64,000 nucleotides of DNA from NCBI RefSeq assembly GCF_038025025.1, contig NW_027117353.1, forward strand, positions 434,001 through 498,000, in the 5' to 3' direction. Position numbers and translations under genes: made by a program. The notes under the pieces were generated by a model. It made no database searches. It saw nothing but the letters and a program-made list of their open reading frames with translations, and had not been told where the DNA came from. Positions 1 through 11,761 of the stretch are shown piece by piece. The first letter of the stretch is position 1. Each line of letters starts with the position of its first letter. This stretch comes from Phyllosticta citribraziliensis (Eukaryota).

Positions 1-1410
1 GACTCCATCAGCGAGCATCCCGCCAACGAAAACCCCACCCCGAGAACCAGCCGCTCGCACCTGCTCGCTGGTCTTCGCACCGCTCCACGCAACAACAGCT
101 CGAGCCCTGTCCCCCAGTCTGCTCCCTACAACAACAACAGCTTTGGCGCTCAAAGATTCGTCCCCAACAACGGCCGGAACCCCGCCGTTCCGCAGACCGC
201 CATTGCTTCTGGCTTTCCCGTGAACCAGCAGTCTCAGTTTGGCTACAACGCCGGTCAGCAGTACTACGCCCTGCCGGAGCACGTCCTTGCGCCTCCCCAG
301 GTCAAGCTTGACACGCACGACGATGGAGAAATAGACCCCAGCATTGCCGCTCAGCTGCTGGCCACTGAAATGTACCTGCAGCAGCGCCAGCAGCAACTCC
401 AGCAGCAGCTGCTCAGTCTCCAGCTTGCTGGAATGAGCCTCAACGGCGCCAACGCCCGCCAGCAATTCCCCATCACGCCCATGACGCCGCAGGCCGGATT
501 CTACGGTCAGCAGATGCAGGCCGCCCAGGACTTGTCCGCGTCCGTGTCCGTGGGCTACAACCCCCTGACTGGCCAATACCAATACGTCTTGAATCAGGAC
601 GTGCAGCCGCCGCAACTCTCGGATTCGCCGCCTCCTCCCACGCCCAGCTTTACCAACTCTCCCCCCAAGTCGGCCACTCCCGCGTTTCGCGCCCAGGTCT
701 CTCCCCCGAGCGACGTCAGCGCCAACCCCTTTGACTCTCGCAGCTCCACTCCGCCCAAGGCTAGAACTCCTCCGGCCGACATTGCGCCGCTCCCGCCGCC
801 ATCCGCAAATGCGTTTCGCCGCGGTCACCGCAAGAACATCTCGTCTCTCAACTTGAGCGGTACCGACGCCGTCGCCGACGGTCCCAAGTCTGCCTTTGTC
901 CGTCCTGTCGGTTTTCCTTCTACGCCAATGACGGGCACTTTTGGCCCCGGTCAGGCCCGTGCTGGTGAGCATCCGACCCGCCAGCCCCGCGGACCGCCAC
1001 CTCTTGAGGAACTCCAAGCTGCCCCGACTGCCAAGCACGAGGGTAGCAAGAACTTTGCGACTCGTCAGCGCCGTTCGGCTGTGCGCAACCTCGTTCGCGC
1101 GGGCATCGAGCGTCGCGGAGTGCGCAGCAGCGGCAGCGGAACGCCAGTCAGCGAGATTGAGACGAGCTTTCCCTCGTCGGACAATGACTCTGACAGCGTG
1201 CGCAGCGGCAGTCTGTCGGCCAAGCCCAGCATTGGCAGTCTGCGTGCAGCCGCCAGCGGCGCCATTGGTTCGGAGCGCAAGACGCTCAAGGAGCGGTCCA
1301 TGGAGAGGAAGAGCAGCGATGAGCATTCCAGGTCTGGCTCGGGCGAGCGCAGGAGGATGCCCATGCTCGTGCTCACGAGCGCCGAGAAGCGCAAGAGCTC
1401 CATGTTCTGA
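1..1410 (+). CDS. Conserved fungal uncharacterised protein, 5'-truncated by the window edge; Q/P/S-rich with an RQPRGPP...KNFATRQRR motif
   Basis: Frame 1 is open from base 1 (DSISEHP...HLLAGLRTAPR) to TGA at 1410 with coding-like GC3 bias. Motifs AFRRGHRK, GEHPTRQPRGPP, SKNFATRQRR and LVLTSAEKRKS look conserved. Confidence 0.8.
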   Translation, partial: DSISEHPANENPTPRTSRSHLLAGLRTAPRNNSSSPVPQSAPYNNNSFGAQRFVPNNGRNPAVPQTAIASGFPVNQQSQFGYNAGQQYYALPEHVLAPPQVKLDTHDDGEIDPSIAAQLLATEMYLQQRQQQLQQQLLSLQLAGMSLNGANARQQFPITPMTPQAGFYGQQMQAAQDLSASVSVGYNPLTGQYQYVLNQDVQPPQLSDSPPPPTPSFTNSPPKSATPAFRAQVSPPSDVSANPFDSRSSTPPKARTPPADIAPLPPPSANAFRRGHRKNISSLNLSGTDAVADGPKSAFVRPVGFPSTPMTGTFGPGQARAGEHPTRQPRGPPPLEELQAAPTAKHEGSKNFATRQRRSAVRNLVRAGIERRGVRSSGSGTPVSEIETSFPSSDNDSDSVRSGSLSAKPSIGSLRAAASGAIGSERKTLKERSMERKSSDEHSRSGSGERRRMPMLVLTSAEKRKSSMF

Positions 1411-3755
1411 CGGGGGTTTGGCCGGCTATGGCGAGTTGGCGGGAAAATTACGATGACGATTACTGCATGTGGACTTTTTTGAATTTTGCCTAGGATTGCT
1501 ATGGAGTTCCTTTCGCTGAAGCCCCTCCTCCCAATGGCCTTCTTTGCCTCACATTCGCTTGGCACGCTCCTTTGCGGCGTTTTTTGCTTCCCTTCTTCTT
1601 GTCCGGAGCAGTAGGAATGGAAATACGCGGTCTCGGGCGTTTCTTTTTGCTTCTTTACTGCGTAAATCTCGTCGGGTCGTCATCGTGGGGAGATTGACGG
1701 CGCCCTTGAAACGCTTTTCTTGCTTCCGGTTTTGGCTGAGCCATGATTGAGCGGCAGAGGAGAAAGCGTGTCTTCTTTTCAACCGGGCACCAACATCACG
1801 TTCACTTTTTTCTCTTCTTCTTCCATTCGCTTCTGAACTCGTTGTGTCCGCTTTATTTCGTCCTCTTTGAGAGATCTGCCTCCCTTGTGCGGGGAGGAGA
1901 AAACAGCCCTTTTTTTTGGCTGGTCTTAGGTATATTTGCACGCTGCTAGCTAGGTTGCGCAAGCACTCTGATAGGAATCGGTGCCGTGGCTGCTATCTGC
2001 CTGTCTGTCTGTGCCTGTCTATCTGTCTGTCTCCTTGCCGTCCGTGTGAAGCGTGGGGGCGGTAGGGCGACGTCGGTGTGCAGCCGGCTGCTGCCGGTTC
2101 ATAAACGAATCACTGTTGTGGAGTCATCGTTTATGATGTGCTGTTTGCGAGCGCTTCACCCCCCTCCTCAACACTCGAGCCTCCCACTAACCTAACACCT
2201 CGTAAAAGCAGCCAGTACCTAGGTACGTAGCAGCAGGGCCAGCAAAAGCAGTAAAAGAGAACGGCGAGGATCGATCGAACCGCTACACTACCTAGGCACT
2301 TACCCGATCAGGCCGTCCATGCACTACATGTACCTTACCTGTACACTCACCACTGGTGCCTGTCGCCCTTTTTCGCTTGGTGCAGTGCCGTGGGCCTGTC
2401 GCTTCGTGTTGCGCCTTGAAAATGGCATCCAGCACCTATCGTACTCTCTGCGGGTAGAGCAGGCGAAGATGCTGTAGGGCAGGCAACAATCCCTCATCTC
2501 TTTCTCCATTCTCATGTCCGTCTCTCTCTCTCCTCCTCCTCCTCCTTCTCTCCCCCGTCCACAGAAAGGGAAAACAAAAGGGAAGAAAAGAAAAGGCCGG
2601 AGTGACGGTACGGACGTACCTGATAGCATCCCTACCCTATGCACCCTACCTCGCCTTAGCCCCGAGCCCCAGAACCCCAGCTCCGCCCCACGCATCCCTC
2701 CATCCCTCCATCCCTCCATCCCAGACATTCTGGAACACGCACCACCCACCGTCGGCCTGCCTGACGCGCTCCGTCAGTTAAATTAAGGGTCGTCTGGCTG
2801 GGACCTTGTCCGCAACATACACACACGCCGTACTACTGTAGGCAGACGGATGAGACAGCGTTCAGGCCACGCGCGCACGCACAGTGCGTGCACCCTTCCC
2901 ATCTCTTGCAGTCTTACCTTACCGGCCCATCCGCGCATTGCGTGCGTCGGAGGGAGGGTCCAGGCAGTCGGGCACACAGGGTCTCAATGCGGGGCAGCTG
3001 GGACGACCGAAGACAAGACGCAAGACGATGCGATCCAACGGCCGGCCGCTTGAGCCAGCTGTCAACGGCCTACCTATCAACTGCCAAAGTTGGTCGCGTC
3101 GTCTCGTTTAGCCTCCGTTTCATGGGTAGCTTAGCATGGCATTGCAAGACAAGCAGAGGAAGAGGAGGAAGGCCTCCTGTTTGTTTGTTTGTTTGTCTGG
3201 GTCCATCCTGTCATCTGTAGTACCTACACTAATTCAGGTACTCCCTCGAGCTAAACTCTCCCTTCTCCCTTTTCAAGAGAACACAGGGGATACAAGGGGG
3301 TGGGCTTTTGGTGAGTTGGTACAGTACTGTGGTTGGTTGATGAGTAGATCACATAGTGGGGTTTTCCTGGTACAATGTACACATGTAGGGCTGGGGCGTG
3401 TATAGGGCAGAGCTGTCAGGACAGGGCGTAGGGCGGCGCTAGATCAGGGAGCAAGTCGTCTGCAGGCACGCGCGCTTCCTTGGGTGCGGTACGCGCGTGG
3501 GGCAGGCGGACGTCACCTAGGGCAGGGCAGGGCAGTCAAAAAACGCGGGCCAAACTAACCCCACCCCGCCTTTTTCCGCCGTCGCTGGGTCCTGGTGAAT
3601 TTGGTTTCTCTGCAACCACCACCACCACCACCGACGACGACCACGACGACGCAATTGACGATTGACCGGGACTCACGACGACAACGACTCTACACAACAC
3701 CACCGCCACAACACTGCCCGGCGAGCGCAACGACACCACCACCTCCACCACCACC

Positions 3756-4887
3756 ATGGCGCTCCCCACAACCACCCCCCCACCGCCCGCAAGCCTGCAA
3801 CTCCCCTCCCTCTTCTCTTCTCCGTCCGCCACCTCGACGACGCCTCCCGCGACGCTCATCACCCAAGGCGCCGAAGCGCTCGTCTACAAGACAAGCTTCC
3901 TGACGGCGTCGCGCGCCGCGGCGCTCAAGTTCCGCCCCTCCAAGCCGTACCGCCACGCGCTGCTCGACCGCCGCCTGACGCGGCAGCGCATCCTGGCCGA
4001 GGCGCGCGTGCTGGTGCGCTTGCGGCGCGAGGGCGTCACGGTGCCGGCTGTTTGGGGCTGCGATTGGGATGGTATGTACATTATCTATGCGTTGGTTGGC
4101 AGCAAGGGATACTGCTTCTTCAATGTGCCTCGCGCTCCCTACCTCCCTCGGTCTTTTTGAGTCGCGGCGGGCGAGGTTATTTCTCCATCGGATTGAGCGG
4201 CTAGGCTGACGCTTCTTCTTTTTGCGAATGCTAGCCGGCTGGCTTCTCCTCGAGTGGATTCCTGGCCACACGATCCGCGCCTGTCTAGACCGCTACCTGC
4301 ACGACGCGCTCGCCGCGCGCCCCCGACCTGCCGCACTGGCCGCCGTGCCGGAAGACGGAGAACAAAAGCAGGAGGAAGAGCAAGGCCACCAAGGGCAGGC
4401 CAATGACGGCGACGGCGACGGCGCGCTGGACAAGTCGCGCGTCCCCGAGCTGTGGGACCTCATGGCGCGCGTGGGCCGCGCCGTCGGCCGCATGCACGCC
4501 GTCGGCGTCGTGCACGGCGACCTGACGACGAGCAACCTGATGCTGAGGACGCCTTCGTCCTCTCCCTCCTCCTCACCCCCCTCATCCACCACCCAAAACC
4601 ACCACCATCAACAATCACCCGACGCCGCCGCATCCACACAAGTCCTCGCCGGCACCGTCACCATAATCGACTTCGGCCTCGCGTCGCAAACCATCCAGGA
4701 CGAAGACAAGGCCGTCGACCTGTACGTGCTGGAGCGCGCCTTTGGCAGCACGCACCCGGCGGCGGAGCCGCTGTTCCACGAGGTGCTGCGCGCGTATCGC
4801 GATGCGGGCGGGAAGGCGGCGACGGCGGTGCTCAAGAGGTTGGATGAGGTGCGGTTGAGGGGCCGCAAGAGGAGTATGGTTGGTTGA
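3756..4887 (+). CDS. BUD32: KEOPS complex atypical kinase Bud32/PRPK; exons 3756-4071, 4235-4887
   Basis: Motifs QGAEA, KxRPSKPYRH..LD.RLT..R.LAEAR, HGDLTTSN, IDFGL, EDKAVDLYVLERAF.STHP and C-terminal VRLRGRKRSMVG. Intron 4072-4234 (GTATGT..GCTGAC..CTAG) restores the frame. Confidence 0.96.
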
Positions 4888-5426
4888 GATGGTTGAGATG
4901 GTCGAGTTGGGTTGGTCGACTGCCAGGGCTGGAAGCTGGCTGGCCGGCGTGATGCTGTAAACCCTACCTGTTGTCCTCTTGCTCGTCTCGCTCGTCTCGC
5001 TCTCGCCAGGCACGGCATTCGGCCAGGAAAGCATTGACGGCGGGCTTCTAATTCGCGCCATGCAGCAATTGTGAAAGGCATTGCATGATACAATTAGCGA
5101 CACTCTCCGCATGGCTAAGGGACGAGAAAAGGAAGACCAAGGTAGACAGAGAATAAGGGGAGTACCTAGTATACTGGCTGTCTTAGACCGAGGGCATTGC
5201 ATTCGCTCAAGTCAGCTCAGATTCCACTGGCAGGCAGGCAGGTTTGATGGATGTCTGGCGTGATATGTCATCCACTTGAAGGGAGCTGTTTCATTTGACT
5301 CGATTCACTCGCTTTTCTCTCTCTACACGTCTACTCCACATCAATCACCATAGCGCATCCCAGATCCAAACGCCAACCAACGCCAACCAACGCCAACAGA
5401 CAGAAAATACCCCCTTCCTCCTCCTC

Positions 5427-5795
5427 CTACAACTTCGATCCCCCCGCGTCCGCCTCATCCAACAACCTCGCCCCCACCGCCCCCTCCAAAACCCGCACCG
5501 CCTCCCTCGTCCGCCCGATCTCCACCTTGCACGTCCGAAACCCAAAAGCCCGCGCCGCCTTCAAATTGCCGCCAATGTCGTCCAAGAAAAGCACCTCCTC
5601 GGGCCGCAGCGCCGCGTCCGGGGCGAGGCAGCCGCGCTCGCGCAGCACCGCCTCCAGACGCCGCAGCGCGAGCGCGTAGACGCGCGGATCGGGCTTGCGC
5701 AGCCCGATGTGCGCCGAGTGCAGGAAGGTGTCGAAGAGCGGGGCGATGGGCGCGGTTGTGGTCTCGTTGCCGCTGGTTTCACGCGCTCCGCTGCC

Positions 5796-5840
<45 letters not shown>

Positions 5841-6404
5841 CAGCACGGCGCCGGCGTCGAACGGCTCGCCGCGCTCGTCGCGCACGCCCGCCGGGAAGAC
5901 GACGGCGTTGCTGAGCGCGCCGACGACGAACGCAGCCGGGTCGGCCGAGGCGGCGCGCGCGCGGCCCACGGCCACCAGTTTCCGCAGCGCAGGGTAGACG
6001 TGAGGGTCCGGGTGGCGCGCGGCGCGCATCATGGTCCAGAAGAGGGCGCGGGCGTCGATGCGGGCCGTCGCTATTTCAAAATCGTCCTGCTTTTGCTGCG
6101 TCCCTACTGCCGGGACCTTGTTGCTGCTGGTGGTGGTGTTGGTGTTGTTCGTGCGCGTAATGCGCTCCCACACATCCCTATTCCTGACGTCGCGGCCAAA
6201 CTCGTCGAAGAAGCGCTCGTCGAGCGCCATCTCGCTCCGTTCGAGCCGCTGAAAGGCCCCGTGCGGCGCGGCGGCGCCGATGGCGCTGTTGATGTAGCCG
6301 GGCGGGAGGGCGAGGGCTCGCTCGTAGGCGCTGATGGCGGCGAGGGGGGAGAGGACGACGACGCCGCCGATGTCGAAGAGCAGGGCTTTGGTTGAGGGTG
6401 GCAT
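5427..6404 (-). CDS. HAD-superfamily hydrolase (soluble epoxide hydrolase N-terminal / ACAD10-like phosphatase type)
   Basis: Motif I FDIGGV, LSN, GLRKPDPRVY and motif IV VLFLDDIGGNLKAAR..G. Internal poly-Ser from an (AGC)n tract. Confidence 0.9.
5797..5838. repeat. (CTG)n/(AGC)n trinucleotide repeat, about 14 units, encoding poly-Ser in the HAD gene
   Basis: Directly visible in the sequence. Confidence 0.95.
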
Positions 6405-7530
6405 GGTGGGAGGAATTGGCGGGCGGGCCGAAGGGCTGGTGTGGCGTTCACGGAATCGTCCTTGTCGTCAGAAACGCACCAGCCATGGGCTTCGTTCTGT
6501 CGTTGTGCATCGCGGGATAGCGGCGCATCTGGGGTCGAGGTAAGGTAGAGTTGTGGTGGTTGGGTTGCCGACGCGGAGCCGAGGCTCGCAGTCGTGCGTG
6601 GGTGGGGTAGGGTGGGACGGCTTGCAGGGCTGAACAAGAGGAACAACTCTTCAATGGCTGGCGAATCAGAGAACTACACTCCGACCTCGACCCATTGGTC
6701 TCACCTACCTTGACTGCCTCTAACGACACGTCCCCGTTGCAAATCTCGGTTGAAGCTGGCTTTCAGGCTCGCTCTGATTTAGAATATTGCGCGGATGAGA
6801 CAAAAAGTGTGAGGAGACATCGATCGAGCTTTCGCACGGGAAATTCTTCGGATCCAAACTGGAGGACGACCTCGAAACTTTTGACAGCCCGAAAAACATC
6901 TCTGCGCTGCCAGAGCCGGCTCCAGGCGTCGTACACCGCGCGTCTGCGCATTTTCAACTCGGATCGTTCAAAGGGTTCGATTGGAGACTATACCCAGCTA
7001 GCTATATGGGCTGTTTCGGTTTTGTTCTCCCCAATCTTCTTTTTTTTTAAAAAAAAAAAAAAATTAAACGCTTTGATTGACTATGCTACCCTTTATGAGA
7101 AGGAAAAAATAGCAAACAAGGTTGAAAATACTAAAAAAGGAAACTGAACTCGTATCTCGCCGTCCTTCTTTAACAATGTAACACGGAAAGAAAATGTGAA
7201 CGAAACCGAATGTACAAGCATAAAGCCACTACAGGCTGGAGCCATCTCAACTTATCGCATATTCCTTCATCAACCATCGTGCCACGACAAGACATGATCC
7301 GAATTGGATGGGGAAAGAAACAAGATCAGTGAAAGAAAGGAGAGGAAAATAGAAGCAAACGAGAGTGGGTCAAACCGACGGTGAAAACCCAACCAAAGCG
7401 TATCGACAGTACTGATCTCGTAGAAGCGATGGTCTGAAATGGACCGGCACAAGTAAAAGACCGCCGTCTAAGTTAGGGGACACAGAGATCCTGATGGCTC
7501 GAAGTTTTGCCTCCGAGCCGGAAGGACGAC

Positions 7531-8880
7531 TTAATGACTAGTTTGAAACTCAACAGGGTCTCCGCGGTTCTTCGGCATTGCTTCGTCTGTGGTGGACAGC
7601 AAATCCAAACCGCTGCCAATGCCTGAGTCTCCTGACTGCTTCTCGTCACTGTATTCGGAGCCCGACACGGGATCGCTGGAGCGTGCTGAAGGAGTGCGGA
7701 TGGCTGTAGTGGAAGGAAGTCGAGGTCTTTTTCGACTTGGTCCCGACGAATGACTTTCCGAGCTGGACCGGATTGCCTCTCGAGGGTGTTTGCCATGCTC
7801 ACTGGTCTGTTGAGCGCCTGGAAGAGATGGGCCCGATGTGACTGAAGCTGATTGCGCGAGGTCTGAGCCTGCGTCACGGGGTTTGCCCCGTGGCTGATCC
7901 GCCTCAAGGACGGCATCTGAGTCCGAGTCCGAGTAGTCGACAAGGCGGAATTTTTTTGGCTGAGGCACCTCGTCGTCCGCCGTAGAATTGATCTCAATCA
8001 CTGGCTGATTGACCTTTTCTCCCTCGGAGTCGGTCTGGTCCGGTCCGGTTAATTGCTGAGGGATCTCAACGCCTGTTGGCTCTCTATCCGACGTGGACTG
8101 CGCCGTCCTGTAAACCATCATGCCATCGTTGTAACTTTTTTCGAAACCGCGCTGGAAGCCCTTGGCGTAGAGGAGGTCTGCATGCGCTGCCGTGCGGCCT
8201 TCTGCAAGCCCTTGATTGTATGCCGCGGTCCTGATTGCAGCCATCTTTGAAACCGTAGTCTCCTCATTGTCGGGGAGCAGCACGTCTTGGAGAAATCCTG
8301 TGATGGTCATGGCCGGCACGAAGGGTGTGTCGCCGTCCCAATTGATGAGGGCGCTCTCCTTCACGATTAGGAGGGCGTTGCGGATGACAAGTTCGAAGAT
8401 TTGGGGGCGAGTCTTGTTCTTGTATTGCGGAGCGATGTAATCGGCTGGGAGTTCTGCCTCCAGCCATACGAGGGCCTCCATGAAGGAAGGAAAAATGCGA
8501 GGTGCTACTTTCATCAATTCCAGCGAGGCTTCGACACCAGTGCGGCGGCTCTCCCGGACCAAAGAGCCTCGACATCTACATATTATGGTGAGCTCCAAGC
8601 TAGTGGGTTGAGCATGGCATGTCATTCCTCTGGTCCACATTGGAACGTCTTCGTTGAGACTTTTATCCATGGGTGTCATACGGTTTGGAGCGGGTTGGAA
8701 GTCGATGGACGATGGATTGAAGATGGATGGAAGTGGATTGGAGGAGGATGGAGATGGAGGACGGATTGTAGAGCTGGGGGAAGAGGACCAACTTGGAAGC
8801 GAGACTGGAGGGAAGGAGGCCACCGGCCAGATGTGCTCTTCCTTGGAAAGAGCAATCGCGCATCCTTGCAGCACCGCCAA
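7531..8880 (-). CDS. Hypothetical orphan protein (449-aa ORF, TTG start as called; true start and introns uncertain), acidic/Ser-rich C-terminus with NLS-like PKKFR and RKRPR
   Basis: Long uninterrupted ORF with no family motif I can recognise. Confidence 0.45.
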   Translation of the reverse strand: MAVLQGCAIALSKEEHIWPVASFPPVSLPSWSSSPSSTIRPPSPSSSNPLPSIFNPSSIDFQPAPNRMTPMDKSLNEDVPMWTRGMTCHAQPTSLELTIICRCRGSLVRESRRTGVEASLELMKVAPRIFPSFMEALVWLEAELPADYIAPQYKNKTRPQIFELVIRNALLIVKESALINWDGDTPFVPAMTITGFLQDVLLPDNEETTVSKMAAIRTAAYNQGLAEGRTAAHADLLYAKGFQRGFEKSYNDGMMVYRTAQSTSDREPTGVEIPQQLTGPDQTDSEGEKVNQPVIEINSTADDEVPQPKKFRLVDYSDSDSDAVLEADQPRGKPRDAGSDLAQSASVTSGPSLPGAQQTSEHGKHPREAIRSSSESHSSGPSRKRPRLPSTTAIRTPSARSSDPVSGSEYSDEKQSGDSGIGSGLDLLSTTDEAMPKNRGDPVEFQTSH

Positions 8881-10456
8881 TGCCCATCGCGTACCTCAAC
8901 CACGACCCTCTAACATGCATACGCATTTTCAAAGTCCTGCCGTCCGCGACGGAAAGCCTCGCCCCTTCCACCGCAAAAGCCAGCATCTCGTCTGTCAGCA
9001 TGGGACAACAGCAGCTACCAGACAAGGCATCGATGAATCGTAAGGATGCTGTGGGTGTTTTCGGAAAAGAAGTGGCCGTTGGCTTGCTGATCGAGGACAT
9101 ACGGATGAAGTGCATCCATGCTCTTGGAAGGTATAGATGATGAATGTCCCTTAGCAACACCGGGACTTGGAGCACTCTAGCTAACCTCAGCAAAAACAGC
9201 AAGCTACTCGGAAAGAACCGAACAGCGAGTCCAATCCGCTCGCTGCTGGCGGCGAATTTGAATTGATTCCCTGTCCCTCACTTTCGACCCTTGATGGATC
9301 CACCATGCTGCTCGGGTGACGCGATTCGGTTTAAAAGACGCGAGAGCCTTCTGGAATCCCTCAAACACGCACACACATCTCTCCGTCCCCTTCTGAGTCA
9401 CCATGGCTATGGAGACGCGCAGTCAGCGTAAACCAAGGAATGAGGAGCTCCAGAGAAGAGACAGCGAGATCACAACCACTCAAGTTCACAACAATCGCTC
9501 TAGCCGAAGTCTGTCAGCGAGCGCCTGGTCACAACGACCGCACCTGGAACCTGCTCTTCCATTCCGCCACGAGGACTCGCAATCAAGGAGCGGCATGGTA
9601 TTTTCCCACGATTCCCATTGTCCATCTCGCAAGAGCATCGTGCTCTTTCCCCATCCGTCGGCGCCCTGGGCAAAGAAGGCTTTTGGACGGACCTCGGACA
9701 CGACTTGGGTACTCCAGACCAGGCGAAATGCCGTTTATGGCTAGCCCGCGCTCGCTTGTACCACGCCACGCCAGCCACGCCTCGTTTGATCCTCTCCAGC
9801 CCTTCTCGGCTGCGTACCGCAACACGATGCTCCCGCGGCGACTGCTCCCTCGCAAGAGGCGGTGCTACCTTACCCCACAAGACCGTGTGTGCGGAAGACG
9901 AGGAGCAGAATGAGCGGCTGCCATTGCTGCTTGGGACAATACGAGCGAGCACCGTACACGCTGTGCTCTACAGCACACCATGAGCGAAAGCAACGCCCTA
10001 CCGGACACGCCTAGCCCAACGTAGCCGCATCGCCGGCGCCGACCGAACAGCGCAAATCGCCACGATACCAGTCTCCGATGGACGACCCAATTCAAGGCGG
10101 ACTTCGAAGTCTCCGAGCAGAATGGCACGCGGCCGCTCCACCCCTAGCTAGCAGCAGAGGGACGTCGTATGTGTTGGTGTGGTTCGGCAGTGGGCTGTAC
10201 GGGCAGCTAGCAGGCGTGGCGGCGCGTAGGTCGAGGACGACGGCACTTGGAAGCGAAAGAAAACGCGTCCAGTCTGCGGTAAGTGGCGCACATATGGCGC
10301 CGCAGGGGCGCCCGGGCAGCCCCAATATGGGAACCGGACCTGAACATGGACCCTGGGGTAGCTAGCTCTCGTATTATTGGGGGCGGTGGGACCTGGACCT
10401 CAACTACGACCCCAGAAATGCAACCGTCCAGAGGGTAGGTGGAGAACTCGCGTCTG

Positions 10457-10464
10457 TATATAAG
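10457..10464 (+). promoter_or_regulatory. Putative TATA box of the small secreted protein gene
   Basis: TATATAAG about 285 nt upstream of ATG 10743, followed by a pyrimidine-rich leader. Confidence 0.45.
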
Positions 10465-10742
10465 CGAGTTCCTGCAGCTGTGTTTTTCCTGTCTCCCCAT
10501 CAGCAAGAATAGGAAATCGGCACGCAGCGAACACGAACACTCGCTTGGTTCTCGTACGACATTTGCGCGTTCTTCGTACCCACCCACCGACCATCATTTC
10601 GCTCCCTTAAGAGAACAACTTCTTTCACGACCTCTTCATCTTCTTCCATTTGAAGCCGTCCTTCCATCCAGCAACCATCCAACCCACTTCGTCCAACCGT
10701 CCAACCGCCAAACCAACTTCCCTCCCCACCACAGCAGTCACC

Positions 10743-11377
10743 ATGCTCGCCAACACCATCACGTCGGCCATGGCCCTCTTCGCCGTCGCCGCATCGGCCG
10801 CCCCTGCCCCTGCCCCCGCCGCTGCTCTGGCCCTCGACACGAGCGCCCTCAAGAAGTTCAACTGGAACCTGACATCCATCACCTCGAGCTACACGCCGTC
10901 GGGCAACTACCGCTCGCTCGACTTCACCGTGGCGTTTAGCGCGCAGACCAACACGACGCACTGCGCCTCCGGCTACGGCGCCAACGGCAACTTTGGCGGC
11001 GTGTACCAGCCGTGCGACAATGCTGCCGTCACTTTTACGTCGAACTTGGGCATTAGCTGTGAGTTCTGCTCCTCTTCCCCTGGCCCCTTTCGCTTGATAC
11101 TTTTTCTGTTGATGTCAAATGCGTGCTGCCGCTTTGGCGTCCGCTTTCGGGAGAATTGGACGCTGATTGAAATGTTTCCTTGATCACAGCCGTCAGCATC
11201 TCGCAGCTGTTCGTCTACAACGGCGCCAGCATCCGCGTCAACGGCAGCGCTCCTCTCTCCCTGTACGGCGGCTCCAACTGCAAGACCAACCAGGTTGGCG
11301 GCGGCACTTGCTCGCAGAGCCAGTTGACCATCCCCGTCAGCAACGCGACCGTCGTCACTCCGAAGAAGGGCAACTGA
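10743..11377 (+). CDS. Small secreted 4-Cys protein (167 aa), Alt a 1/AA1-like fold candidate effector; exons 10743-11058, 11190-11377
   Basis: Signal peptide MLANTITSAMALFAVAASAAP. Intron 11059-11189 (GTGAGT..GCTGAT..CAG) joins two ORFs in frame. Two Cys pairs (C-x16-C, C-x9-C) in a beta-rich sequence. Confidence 0.8.
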
Positions 11378-11761
11378 TTACGGCGTGGCAAGACTTGAAA
11401 AGAAAAAAAATGGGATGACGGTGACGACGAATGCTGGAAATGGGACTTCATGTTTGCAACGCACGGACTTTTGGAAAAGGCGCATGGAAAGGACGTTGCT
11501 GGATTTGATCGATTGCTTCTTCTTGATTCGCTGCGTTGCCATTTGCTTCATTGCTGGTACGACGACTTTCTGTTCAACCCTACGTGTGAAGTAAACCGAC
11601 CAATTGATTTCTCTTGGCCGCCAACGACGCCAGTATCCTGGATCTGCGTGACGTCGAAGTAGACCCGCGAGTTTGGTTTCGTCGAGGCCGGTCTCGCGCG
11701 TCAGGCTCTGTGAGGTTTCTGTTCAATACTTGTCCTCGTCACTGTTGCCGCGCACCTGTGT

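Noticed and set aside
5295..6395. 366-aa plus-strand ORF
   Set aside because: Antisense shadow of the GC-rich HAD hydrolase gene; no motifs.
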